A DNA stretch of 64,000 nucleotides, from NCBI GenBank assembly GCA_965113315.1, contig OZ220371.1. One strand, written 5' to 3'. The translations under genes and the position numbers were made by a program. This DNA comes from Podarcis vaucheri. Taxonomy: Eukaryota. Of the stretch, positions 30,356-41,953 are shown piece by piece (position 1 is the first letter of the stretch; each line of letters opens with the position of its first letter). The notes under the pieces are model-generated. The model saw only the letters and a list, made by a program, of their open reading frames with translations. It made no database searches and had not been told where the DNA came from.

Positions 30356-33300
30356 CTAGAATAGAAAAGACACAGAGTGAGCATAAGTAGCTGCAGAAAG
30401 CAAACTTTGCCTTGATTACGTGTGCTGGTTACATGCAGACTAGACTGTTGTAATACACTGGTTATACATGGGGCTGCCTTTGAAAATAGTTTAGAAACTT
30501 CCACTGGTGCAGAAGGTAGCTGCCCAGATTCTTGCAGGGATCAGGCATTGGGAACACATAATACCCATATTTTACCAAATGCATTATCTGCCAATTCATT
30601 TCTGGGCGCCATTTAAAGGACTGTTTTTTACACTTAACCTAGCCCTAGACAATGTAGGGCTTTATTTGAAGGACAGCCTACGCTCTCAGAAATCTGCCCA
30701 GGCTTCAGAGGCCTAGCCTTGGTCCACCATCAATATCTGTTATTGTGGGCACCAATGACACAGATTTTTCTGTCTTCCTCCCTAGAAATATTACCAGGGT
30801 TTCTTTATTGTCTTTTAATTTTTTCTGTTCTAACCCACTATTGATTAAAAGAGCTATGTTGGGTTTTACAGTTCAATATTAATAAGAACAAATTAAACTA
30901 AAACCAGCAGTAAAGTAATGTGCTGGATTTTATTTTTAACCACTCCTGCCTAGTTTTTGTAATTGTAGTTAGATTGCTTTTATGGAAATGGCTTTTAATT
31001 ATTATGATTTTAAATAATATTTATATAGCCCAAATGTCTTCCTTACATATTCATTATTTGACTTACATATTTAGTAAATCTGAAATTAATTTTCAAGTAA
31101 AACAGTGAGAACACCTACATACCAGATGGAATGCAAACTAATTCTGCAATTTGTAGCTGGTCTTCATTAGATTCTAGCCTTTCCTAAGAATGAGAGCATG
31201 AGATTGTTAAATAGGTTCACCTGAGAATAGCACTGATCTTAGAATGTGCAGTTTTCGAGACAAACACAGTTTCATTTTGTAATTTGGTTAACCAAAAGTA
31301 ATTGTAATGGTATAATAATGAACAAGACTAAAAGTAAAAAGTTCTGCAGTTTAAGAAAAAGAAGCTATTCATCATATAATGCCCACCACAGTTTACCGTA
31401 TTTTCCTTTACAAAAGTATTCCTTAAATTTTTGCAGCTACCATTATCATAATTAAGAGATTTATTTCAAACCATTCACATTCAATAACCCTGATAATAAG
31501 CTGAACAAACATATCTATCTAAGAGATGCATACATATGGCAGTTATCAAACAATGAGAGGTCATCCTTAGAAGTGGTAAATGCTACATAATTGGCAAACC
31601 TTAAACACAAGGGGTAGTTTTCACTCAGGGTACACTGACTGAAATTAATGGAACTTATTTAGTCATATTCATTAATTTCAAAGGATCTACTCTGAATTAA
31701 ACTTAGCTGAATACCACCCATAGAACTGTGAACCTAGTAAAAAACATTTTATGCACACACCTGTCAAGAAAAACATGCAGAAGGGGCAGTTATATACAAT
31801 TTATACCCTACTCCTTAGCAAGTGCACAGAAGCTTATATAAGGATGCCAGTTATTTACCATCAAAGCACTGATGAGGTTCATAGCTGTTTAGTGTATACA
31901 GTGTGTCCACAAATCATTTGTTTCCAAATGACAATTCCAAAAATTAGTTTTGTGGGCATTTTGGGCTTAACTAGTTGAAGGGGAGGGGGAGTTAAGGAAA
32001 TATGGCAACTTCATATCAAACTGTCCATAAATGTTTTTACAGAATCCCAAAAGGCATTCCTTCCCAGTACAAAACAAGTAAACCCACCATATTTAATGGC
32101 AATGTTGCTACTTACAAGTCCAGTGACACTGTCATAGCATGAACAACATGGAAGACTTCGGCAACTCAAATAAGCAATAATCAGCACAATAAAAGCACTG
32201 AAAAGCGATGTAATCAGAAGTGTGATGTTGGCTCCTTCTACAAGTTTACCAAGCACAAATGCCTGCAACACAGAAAATGAGCACACACACCCTTTATCCA
32301 AAAAATGCAATTCAACCCTAGGAGTGGTGTGGGTATTGTTTTTAAAGCGCCTGGAAATTCTCTCTCTTTTTTTGTATTTTAATTATTTTACATGAAAAGG
32401 AATGACAAGTGAAAAACAACAATAAATAGTAACTGATAAATAGTTGAGCAACCACATATATGATCTATACATGTATACAAACTGATGGTGTCAATTAATA
32501 TCCTCAAATTGGGTGGATAAAATGAAAGTAATATATAAAAGGCAGACCAAACCCTGATCTGCCCCCAGTGTCTGTGCCAGTAGGAGGCATCCTTTACTAT
32601 GGAACTCCAAACAATACCTGCCATAAAAGGCATTTCAGGACCAAGAAGGGGGTGGTTGAGCCATCCAATGATTTTGCCTCTGCTGTGCTGGCCTGGACCT
32701 TGTTCAGTAAAGAAACACACAGAGTGATTTTCTTGCACCATCTTCTGCCCCAAACTGATGTGAGTGACAGGCCTTTGGGTGTGCTAGTTACTCTGTCACT
32801 CCTAAACTGTGTGCAATGTATTCAAAAGGGCAGAAACTGGATAGTTTGATACTTACAACAGCTGGGTGATGATAAGAGGACACATCGTCAAACTCTTCAT
32901 ATTTTTCACCATACTCTAATGTTATAGACGTATAGATGATTACAAGTAGCGTGACAAAGCAGGAAAATACAGAAGCAATTATCATTGCATTCACCTGTAC
33001 AAAAGGTATGGGGATAGAGAAGACCAGAGTTAAATTTGGGCTTCAGGTCAAAGGATGAAAAATAGTTCCACATATGCCTCTTATGCAATCTTTGTACACT
33101 ACAGTAATTTATTTTCCAGAGTAAATTTGGAGGAACATGCATTCACAATACAATGTCCAAAGTGTGGGTATGAATCAGTGAAAATCAAACCTTTCCTTTC
33201 CTAATTACACCTACCCGCTGCCCCCCGAGCCTGTGGGGCTGGCGGTGGGAGGAAGTGCTGCTTTTCCCCACCGCCAGCCTCAAAACCAGGTCCGGGAGCA

Positions 33301-36300
33301 GCGTGAAGGTGTTGCATGCCTTCCCGCTGCCCCCCGAGCCTGTGGGGCTGGCGGTGGGAGGAAGTGCTGCTTTTCCCCACCGCCAGCCTCAAAGACCAGA
33401 CTCTCCTGACTTCAGCGAAAGCAATGCGAAGCCTCCGGAGTGCAGGCTTCAGAGGCTTCGTGTTGCTGTCGCTGAAGCCAGGGAGCCTGCATTCGCTCCA
33501 TAGGACGCACACACATTTCCCCTTAATTTTTGGAGGGAAAAAGGTGCATCCTATAGAGTGAAAAATACGGTAAATACCGTAAATGGAAATCAACATATTT
33601 AACTGTGTTATATTTCATCCTGTGTTTTTAGGGAGTATGTGAAGGTGTGTTTTAAGCCCATTCCCACACATGCCTTTCTTGGAAGCAAGATCCATTTAAA
33701 TGCATGAGACTTTCTTAGACGCAGTAAAGCTGCCAGAAAGAATACATTTGAACAAAAAGTACTGAGCAAAGATACCTGTGGATTTGGGCAATCAACAGAA
33801 GGGATGTTACCAAGGCAGCCAAGAAACCAGATAGGTAGAAACCGTTCAGATTTTCTAGGAAAGCAGCATAGTGGATCAAAATAAGTGGGGAATGTTGTGC
33901 TGCATTCATTAGAAAGAGATTGGCTGACCCAGCTGCTGGTTTGCTCTGTTCCGCTTCTGAGTGAGCAAAGGACCCCTCCAGGAATCACACAAAATCACAC
34001 AATTTGACATTACCATCTAGTCTAGATTTGAGAAGGTGATGGTGACCAGTTGCAGCAGAAAAAAGATGGTCAGCTGCCGTGTTTTCCCAGCAGGTTTTAG
34101 GCTTAACTAAGACCCATTTCTACTTCAGCCATTGGACTCATCACCCAAGGTCAGTTAATGCTCAAAGTATGGATGGTGTGCATGGATCTTTTAAACATCC
34201 ATGTCTGGGAACTCCAATTATGGGTGTTTAAAAACATGCCCAAAAACAACCATTGTGCTTGCTATGTAAAGGGTATTGAAGGCCAAAGGTGGAAGAGGTG
34301 GTTAGGAATTTTATTCCTTCCCCTTTAACATAAATAATAATATTATATATGTATAGATAAAATTTGTGCCGTTTATTCTAAAACATGTATATTCTTACCT
34401 TTCAACTGTAATGTGTTACTGCAATCCAGCCATTTGGAGCAACACAGAATGACTGATGAATTTAGAGACAGACTGAAAAAATTTTGAACTGCTGTTAAAG
34501 TGTTCGTCCTTGAGACCTTTAATCTGTTGTGGATTTTAAACTCTAAACCCCAAAATCATACATGTATGATCACTTTAATTTTTGCCTATGATGTATATCT
34601 CCAAACACTTCAGGGCAGAGATTAAAGTTTGTTGTTGCTTTTTGTTGGCATCCATCTGTCTTGAGGGACAATGGAGTGTGCCTTTGGGGGGTCAAGTCAA
34701 ACCACTGTGCAGTACCAAAGTGACCTCCCAGGGGTGCAAGCCTGGGCAGTGTGTATGGGGGTCCTGGGCTACCCATATGATAAGAACCTCCATCTCGGCC
34801 TTGTTGATGTGGTCCCAAAGAAAAGTAGAGCAATATGTTTGGTACCAGCTTGGCTGCAGGAGTTGCTGGAAGGAGGCATACAAGGTGCCATCGAACCATC
34901 TTAGGGACTCCACTCCAGATTTTTGTAGGGTTTACTCTTTAGCCTCCCCCTCCCCTCCCAAATATACCCTGCAAGGCAGCAGAGGTTTAGGATCAGAGTT
35001 TTCCTTCTCCTAGATGGGCTACCTTCCCGCGTTGATGAGCCCCATCTGCTCCTCAGACGTGAAGTAAAAGTTATGTAAATAAAAGGTTTATGTATTTATT
35101 ACTTATAGAAAGTCAGCTGTATGATTTGTCCCCATCCACTTTAAACAAAATGCAATAGAAACATACCAAAACAGGATTCTTTCTCAGTGAAGAAAACAAA
35201 GCCATAATTCCAGGAATAGCCATAAACTACAAAAGAAAAGGTAAAGGGGATTAAGCTGGGGGGGGGGGATGCCCAACTTTAGCATATAAAAAGAAGTGGA
35301 AAAAAATTAACTTCAGGAAGATTAAAACAAACTAGAGGTTTTATTTTAGAGTTTTAACTGATTTTTACTTTTTTGTTACATCCTTGTAAACCACTTAGAT
35401 ATGATTGTAGTTAAGCAGTGTACAAATATAAATAAATACACTGGTTGGCAAGTGGTTTCTAAGACACCAGCTCCCGATCAACAACCAGCAGATCTATGAA
35501 GCACAAAGGCTGAACGTGGTTTATTCCATAATAAGTAAACATCTTTCCTTTACGCACGATTTCAGAGAAGGGAATGTAATTGTTCAGCTGGCTGTTAAAC
35601 ATGGGCTCAAGATTCTTGGTCAATTTCACCAGATGCTTTTTCTTATACAGGTGAAAATGTGATTGACACATAAGGATAGTAAAGTAATTGACGGCTATCA
35701 GATCACTAGCCCGCCATGCTAGAAGGGCAAGGAGTTGGGTATGTGAAACACACAAAGGAGGAATATTAAACGTGCACCTTTCAAAGTGTAAATCATACTT
35801 TCACCCATTGCATTTCTAACATTAGCTTGGGATCCAAGAAAATAAAAAGTAAAAAAATTATTACAACAAAGTGATTGTACCATAGTAAAATGATGCCACT
35901 AAATTATTCGAAGTCACTACTAACAGTCCCAGCTGCTTCTTGCTTGTAGCATCACCACCACAGCTCCCATGTGCCACTCCAAAAGAGTGTTTGTAATTAC
36001 TACAGTCAGCTAGTAGAATCAGAACAATTCAACTTCTGCAATGCAATTTTCTCCCAGAAATCATTCACTTTTCTCAGTCCTATTCTCCCCTCCTGAAGTA
36101 AAGCAGAGGTCCTAGAAGTATCATCCACTCTCCTAATTAGCCCCACCCACTCAAAACACCAGCTTCAGCTATGGGTGCCCCCTCCTTTCAACTTCACTAG
36201 CTAAATGAAATCTCCATGTTCTAAGCAATATATTTCTGAATATCAAATGTAGAAAACAAACATGTCCCCCTCGTAAGTTCCTGCAGGCAAAAATGTAAGA

Positions 36301-37547
36301 CAGGGCCTTCTTGTCATCAGCCCCACAATTATGGAATTTCTTCTAACTCACAATTTGAGTTTTCAGCCCCAGGTGAAGAATGACTTATTTGCCCAGGTTT
36401 TTGGAGGCATCTACTACACTGTTGATTTGGATTTCAATTGGTTTTAATGTAACCTGCTTAGGGATTGCCTTGGCATTGAAGAACAGGTGGGAAATAGTTT
36501 GAATACAGAAACAGAAAAAACTTCCCATTGGCATTTGACTGGCCGCAGCTGGAAATGGAGCGCTGGAGAAGATGGAGATAAGCAACTAGCTTAAGACCAC
36601 AAGCCATATGAAGTGCAAACACCATAAATCAATTCCCCCTTCCAGTTAATTTACCTCTAAAAAACATTAAATTCTCCTATGTTTCCCAGGAGAAAGAAAA
36701 GTCCTTATTCCTCTCTCACCCAGACCAGTCCAGAGCATTCCTTCTGTGAGCCTGATCCTCAGCTCCCCCACTTCCAAATTAAGGAGATACAAGTCAGAAA
36801 TCAAAGGCAGCTGCAGTCACACTTGCCCTCTAGGGCCAGGCTTCCTCAACCTCAGCCTTCCAGATGTTTTTGGCCTACAACTCCCATGATCCCTAGCTAG
36901 CAGGACCAGTGGTCAGGGATGATGGGAATTGTAGTCTCAAAACATCTGGAGGGCCGAGGTTGAGGAAGCCTGCTCTAGGCTCTTACCACAAAACAACTAG
37001 GCCAGCACTCAGGGACGGCCCAAGGTGTTTCAGCACCTGAGACGAAATGCCCTGCTGTCACCCCTGCAATGGGGGCGGGACTCTTTAAGGGCTTCTTCTC
37101 AGCAACAGGGGTCTCCCAGCAGCTGGGCAAAGCCCCACCACACTGTCCAGCAGAGTGTGGAGATCTGCTGGCTTGTGGAATATAGAACCACATGTTCTCT
37201 ACAACAGTGAACAAATTCCCTGTATTATACCAAATTGTACAACCCTCCCTGCTGTACTTCCGACATCTACTGAATACTTTTTTTTATTGAAGCAGGCATT
37301 TCAATTGAAGTTTGATTTTATAGCCTTATAGTTTATACATCGTTAATAAAAAGGGGTGGGGGGTAGAATTTATATAGCTTACCACTCCAGCCCAGATGGG
37401 TATCCTAGATTTGCTCAGTGCCGAGTCCCTTCTGAAAGCACCATCGATTAATCCACCGATGATACAAACTGTAGCACAAGCTATCTGGAGGAGGCCCAAG
37501 AGAACCATACTTTTCTGATTGAAGATGAAATATCTGTAGCGATCCAT
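30252..37547 (-). CDS. Uncharacterised CD20/MS4A-like four-transmembrane protein, 224 aa, six coding exons
   Basis: Exons (- strand) 37547-37383, 35226-35167, 32994-32857, 32262-32116, 31183-31123, 30355-30252. All GT-AG with good polypyrimidine tracts, phases 0,0,0,0,1. They join into 675 nt with no internal stop. Four hydrophobic segments, MS4A-like LGLLQI and PIWAG motifs, C-terminal PPPY. Confidence 0.88.
30420..30790 (+). mobile_element. Degenerate L2 ORF2 3' fragment in the last intron of the MS4A-like gene
   Basis: LVTCRLDCCNTL and VQKVAAQILAG...EHIIPIFYQMHYLPI resemble the L2 ORF2 C-terminal region. Confidence 0.7.
31123..31183 (-). CDS. MS4A-like gene coding exon 5 (ERLESNEDQLQIAELVCIPS-G)
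   Basis: ctctcattcttag|GAA...TCTG|gtatgt, 61 nt. Supplies the phase 0 to 1 shift needed by the last exon. Confidence 0.8.
31612..31720. repeat. Old palindromic MITE-like repeat; relative at about 58130-58235
   Basis: Shared tgaaattaatgga...tctactc...ataccaccc sequence and self-complementary arms. Confidence 0.55.
32116..32262 (-). CDS. MS4A-like gene coding exon 4 (AFVLGKLVEG...CCSCYDSVTGL)
   Basis: ttttctgtgttgcag|GCA...CTT|gtaagt, 147 nt. Confidence 0.9.
32857..32994 (-). CDS. MS4A-like gene coding exon 3 (VNAMIIASVF...YHHPAV)
   Basis: tttttgtacag|GTG...GTT|gtaagt, 138 nt. Confidence 0.9.
33201..33570. mobile_element. Left-truncated mariner/pogo-type non-autonomous transposon related to 14511-15506
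   Basis: Right end ...cctatagagtgaaaaatacgg+TA; internal duplication of about 70 bp at 33215-33284 and 33324-33393. Confidence 0.85.
34630..35055 (-). mobile_element. Interspersed repeat, probably an RTE-related non-autonomous retroelement
   Basis: GC-richer block with ggatcagagttttccttctcctagatgggctaccttccc, recalled from squamate repeats; family assignment uncertain. Confidence 0.5.
35167..35226 (-). CDS. MS4A-like gene coding exon 2 (FMAIPGIMALFSSLRKNPVL)
   Basis: ccttttcttttgtag|TTT...TTG|gtatgt, 60 nt, phase 0. Too short to appear in the ORF track. Confidence 0.88.
36837..36972. mobile_element. hAT-type MITE
   Basis: TIR CAGGCTTCCTCAACCTC / GAGGTTGAGGAAGCCTG; near-perfect TSD ctctag(g)gc; internally the reverse complement of 10122-10257. 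Confidence 0.9.
37383..37547 (-). CDS. MS4A-like gene coding exon 1 (MDRYRYFIF...RIPIWAGV)
   Basis: Strong Kozak gaaATGG, in-frame TGA upstream, donor GTG|gtaagc. Upstream acceptor(s) at 37582 and/or 37634 imply a spliced 5' UTR. Confidence 0.9.
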
Positions 37548-39238
37548 TTCAGCTAATCCACCAATTGCCACGTCTATTCAAACTGGGAAGAAGCACGGAG
37601 GTTGTTCCAGAGAAGGCTGCCCTTGTGGCTTTTCCTGAACAGAAGATGCAAGAAAACTCATAAGCACTTCAACAAGCATCATCTGACAAATTGTTCACAT
37701 GCCATTCCATTAATAGTATGGACAATCTTCCAATATCCAGACGCATTAAGCTTTGGATTCTCTGCATATGGAGAGAGCTGGATATCTTTATCCAGTAAAT
37801 ATGTAATTAGAAAACATAAACAAAAACTTAAATGGGCTGGGATGGTGGCATTTTTAAAAAAACAAAGACATCTTTATATCTTTAGGAGATCCCTATATTT
37901 GATATCAATATAGAAAACATGGAACTTTCAGGTTTAAAATATACTGATGCAAAATTCAAATAGTTCATTTGTACCCTGTTTCCAAATAACAAAAGACACA
38001 AGCAAACAAAATTCTAAATAATACAGATTTCTTCCTTATCTTCACACTTCCATTATATGCAATAGATATCACCAGGAAAATACGTACATTAGAGCTTTCA
38101 AAAATGAGAGAATCTGCAAATACAAGACTGTCAAGAAGAAATAGTTCTGTGCTTGCTGTGTGTTTGAGCCTTCTACCACAGTTTTGCTCTAGAGAATGGC
38201 TGGAAACAGATTTGCAGCTGAAAGGTCAGAGAGCACTGTGGGTTGGCTGAAGAATCTTGAAGTACAGACTCTCTTGGGAGATTTGATGTAAGATAATGGA
38301 TAATGCTATGAAAGAGCACCTGTTTGCCTTCATTTCTGCTTTGCTTTTAGCTTTGTAAATAAGCTAAATATTATGAGGGCACCCTCCAGAGCTCTCCTGT
38401 CCCAACAAACCCAGACACTGTAGCCATATCCTTGATACTTTTTTGTGGGATAACCAATCTCATATAACCAACATGCTTAAGTCTAATTAATGCATGGAGG
38501 GCTTAGCTCACCTTGGAAGCGACTAGGTAATCAAACTTTTGTTTCCCTGTAGTATACTTAAGAAGCACACCATGTGAATAGCTTGCGCTGGTCCCGATCA
38601 ACCACATGGCTCTTACAAGACACTTATATTCAAATATCAATAATTTAGGAACTTTCACCACTGCAACTAAGCCAAGTTTTACTGCCTGTGCAACCTTTTC
38701 TGAATGCTGTACGGAAAAGCACATGAATCTGACCTTTGGAGAGTTTGTAAGTAAACCATTTTAACTTACCAAACATGTGGTCGTTTTCTATGCTAGGAGA
38801 AGAGGGGCATTTTAGAACTCCCAAACTCCTATTTTAAAGGTTTAACAGCCTATATTTCCACGTTTTACTTAGCAGCATATTTTGTTATTTTAAATCTGCT
38901 GGGGTTCTCTTACCAAAGAGTATTTGCCCTAAACTTTATCTTGGCATCCAGGAATTCTCCATTCACATACCTATTTTTTCCTTGCACCAACCACTTCTCA
39001 CCATGCAGCAGTGGTGCAGTTAGATAAAGTCTTGTCCTAAGGGCACCATTGCCACTCTGGGAAGTGGGGTGCCATTATCAATTTTGAGGAATAGTCCTTG
39101 ATCTAAGGAAAGCAAAGCAGCTGTACTTCTCTTCCTGCTCCCGCCCCATACAAGTGAGCTACTGGCAATGGAAATATCTGTTAGTCTGTTGCAGGAAACA
39201 CAAGAGCCTTCTGGCACCTTAAGTATTACCTAATTGAC

Positions 39239-39489
39239 GGGACGCGGGTGGCACTGTGGGTAAAGCCTCAGTGCCTAGGACTTGCCGATCGTATGGTCGG
39301 CGGTTCGAATCCCTGCGGCGGGGTGAGCTGCGCTGGTACTGGCTCGCCAGAGCAGCTTTGTCACGCTGGCCACATGACCTGGAAGTGTCTCCGGACAGCG
39401 CTGGCCCCCGGCCTCTTAAGTGAGATGGGCGCACAACCCCAGAGTCGGACACGACTGGCCCGTACGGGCAGGGGTACCTTTACCTTTTT
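39239..39489 (+). mobile_element. Sauria SINE (Squam1), internally shortened copy
   Basis: gggacgcgggtggcactgtgg head, B box ggttcgaatcc, tail cagagtcggacacgactg...(accttt)n, TSD taattgac. Confidence 0.93.
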
Positions 39490-40885
39490 TAATTGACGAA
39501 GAAGACCAATTTCCCCACATGTGGCTTGAATTGAAATAATGGGCTTTTATTCTCCTTCAAGTGTCAATTAAAGCAAACATTATGGCACAACTAACTTGTC
39601 ATAAGGACTGCTTTGTATCTAACCATTTTATGTATGTTTCCAGCATTAATCTTGTCAAGGTGTGTATTTTTTGCCATTTCATTTCCCATTTTAACCTGTC
39701 TTACAGTTTTCCCTCGTCCACCAAGCAAGTATATAAAAATTATACCTATTCTTGCCTATTTAGGAGAACATGCATCTGATGAAGTGGACGCAGGTCTGCA
39801 AAAGCTTGGACCATAATATATCCATCCAAGTTGCCACAAGACTTGTTTTGGCACTGGGATGTGAAACTTGCCACGAGAAAGGGCAGTTCCACACTCAAAG
39901 GATTGTGTGTTGCATAATAGGAAACACTGTTATTGCTGATCTCTTACAGAAAGTCCCCACCACCACCATCAAAAGCTAAGTTTGTGAACAATCCTTCTGT
40001 TTTTTTGTTTTTAAAGTGTTTAGATATTTCAGAGTCTACAGCTGCAGAGTTATTTGTTATGGAACGTGGGAAGTGGAATAATCTAAGAAAGCTGTGTGTG
40101 ATTGCAAAAGGAGGGGGAAAGTCAGTGGACTTTAAACACTTCATGCAGGAGAAGCAGATGAGAAGAGGGAAGGAGCACTTCAATTTCAGGTGCACAGGAA
40201 GGGCAATTTATCAAAGCGGAATTCAACTCGTTTGCTCTCTTTGGAAAGTACCTGGCTGCCTAACCTCAGCTCCCTCCCTCCCTCCCTCTCTCCCTCGGGC
40301 AATGAAGAGGAAGTTGGAGAAAGAGGAGACTTGAGCAGTTTGCACCTCAGGGCAACCACAGAGGAAGGAAAGCAAAACATACGCAATCCCAGAGTAGAAG
40401 AGAAAGCCACTTACTTACCTCAGCCAGCTTTACCTCTTCCTCTTTATGAGAGACCCCTAGACAGGTGCGCTGGGGTGGGGATGAGTCACCCAGGGGCTGG
40501 CTCTCTCTTGAAAGCCCCATGCAGTTCTCACTGCAGCCTGCCCCACCCCTCTGTTGTCTCAACCAGCCCAACCCTCTGCAGGTGACAACCTTCCTTGTTG
40601 CCTCCCCGCGGCATGTTTTAACTCCTCATGTGCCGCCCTGTGGAAGTACTGGCTCCTCAAACAACCTAGGTTGATGGAGGGCACTTGGAAAGTTCCCCAA
40701 AGATTGCTTTTAACCTCTCTCTGCGTGTGTTGTTAAGCACACTACCTTGCTGGATAGTAAATTCTTATAATCTTACAATTTTGTGTCAGTTTATATAGAC
40801 CTGGGTTACCATAGCCACACCCCTTTGCTTCATATTCCAGCCTCATCTCTATCTATAGAAGATAAATGAAAGTGAGATGGGATGG

Positions 40886-41238
40886 ATAATAATAAGAATT
40901 TATTATTTATCCCCCGCCCATCTGGCTGGGTTTCCCCAGCCACTCTGGGTGGCTTCCAACAAAATATTAAAATACTGTAATGCATCAAACATTAAAAGCT
41001 TCCCTAAACAGGGCTGCCTTCCAATGTCTTCTAAAAGTCTGGTAGTTGTTGTTCTCTTTGACATCTGGTGGGAGGACGTTCCACAGGGAGGGCGCCACTA
41101 CCGAGAAGGCCATCTGCCTAGTTCCCTGTAACTTGACTTCTCGCAGTGAAGGAACCGCCAGAAGGCCCTCGGAGCTGGACCTCAGTGTCCGGGTAGAATG
41201 ATGGGGGTGGAGATGTTCCTTCAGATATACTGGATGGG
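40886..41238 (-). mobile_element. Young 5'-truncated L2-type LINE
   Basis: ORF 40985-41242 (RTLRSSSEGLLAVP...AFSVVAPSLWNVLP...ALFREAF) is the L2 ORF2 C-terminus, followed by the 3' UTR and an (ATT)n tail. Confidence 0.9.
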
Positions 41239-41947
41239 CCATATAAATATAATTGGTAAAGAGAGAAGAGCCTGTTTATCTCTGTTACCTGAGAGATTTC
41301 TTCAGTAAACAGTTACGTTACTCATGTGCATGCCTTATGGGTCAAGATGAACCAGGAGAGAGGTTTGCTTAACTGTTTCTGTCTCAGTCAATTTGTCTGT
41401 TCAAAATCAACCAGAAATAGCCAAGTGCTATTTTGCATGGATTTAAATGAAAGGGTGGGCTGGGGGGAGGGAAAGAGAGAGATTATAATGGCCGCTCACC
41501 CTTCTCAGGTGGGTGGCGGTTGCAGACCTTTGCCCCACCCACCATCCCCACTTGTCGGCTGGCTATTAAGGAATTCTCTGGCCACCAGAAAGTCAAGATA
41601 AAATGGGCCAATTAGAGGCCCTGCTAGAGGGGCAAAATAACAGAATTGTGTACTTCTGCCCTTATGGCCAAACAGAGAACAAACCCCTACGAACCCCCCC
41701 CCCCAAAAAAAGAGCAAAAGGCAACCATGCTGGCCCATTAAGAAATCTCCAAAATCCATGAGTCAAAAAGGAGCAGCTGCTTGAACCATACCAAATCTGC
41801 CTTATTTGCAACTAAGTGACTTCACATCAATGGCAATGTTTGTTTTGGTGCATTGAATAAGGATGCTAGTTCAGTATTTAAATATTAAAGACCACTTTTA
41901 AAGGAGAAAAGATGGTTCAGAGGCAAATAGCTTCATTCATGTAATGC

Positions 41948-41953
41948 TTTATT
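41948..41953 (-). terminator. Candidate distal SETD7 polyadenylation signal
   Basis: AATAAA on the - strand at the end of an AU-rich, UTR-like block. More proximal AATAAA sites near 52770, 52315, 46610 and 46575. Confidence 0.3.

Noticed and set aside
32011-32115. Read-through C-terminus VSSNIAIKYGG...MDSLI as the end of the MS4A-like protein
   Set aside because: A consensus gtaagt donor at 32115 and two downstream phase-compatible exons give a better model
37548-37571. GTG start (MAIGGLAE extension) given by the ORF track for the MS4A-like gene
   Set aside because: The ATG at 37547 has a strong Kozak context; there is no evidence for non-AUG initiation
39933-40736. Several 70-130 aa ORFs near 40 kb
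   Set aside because: Low complexity, no consistent splice or phase model, no recognisable domain
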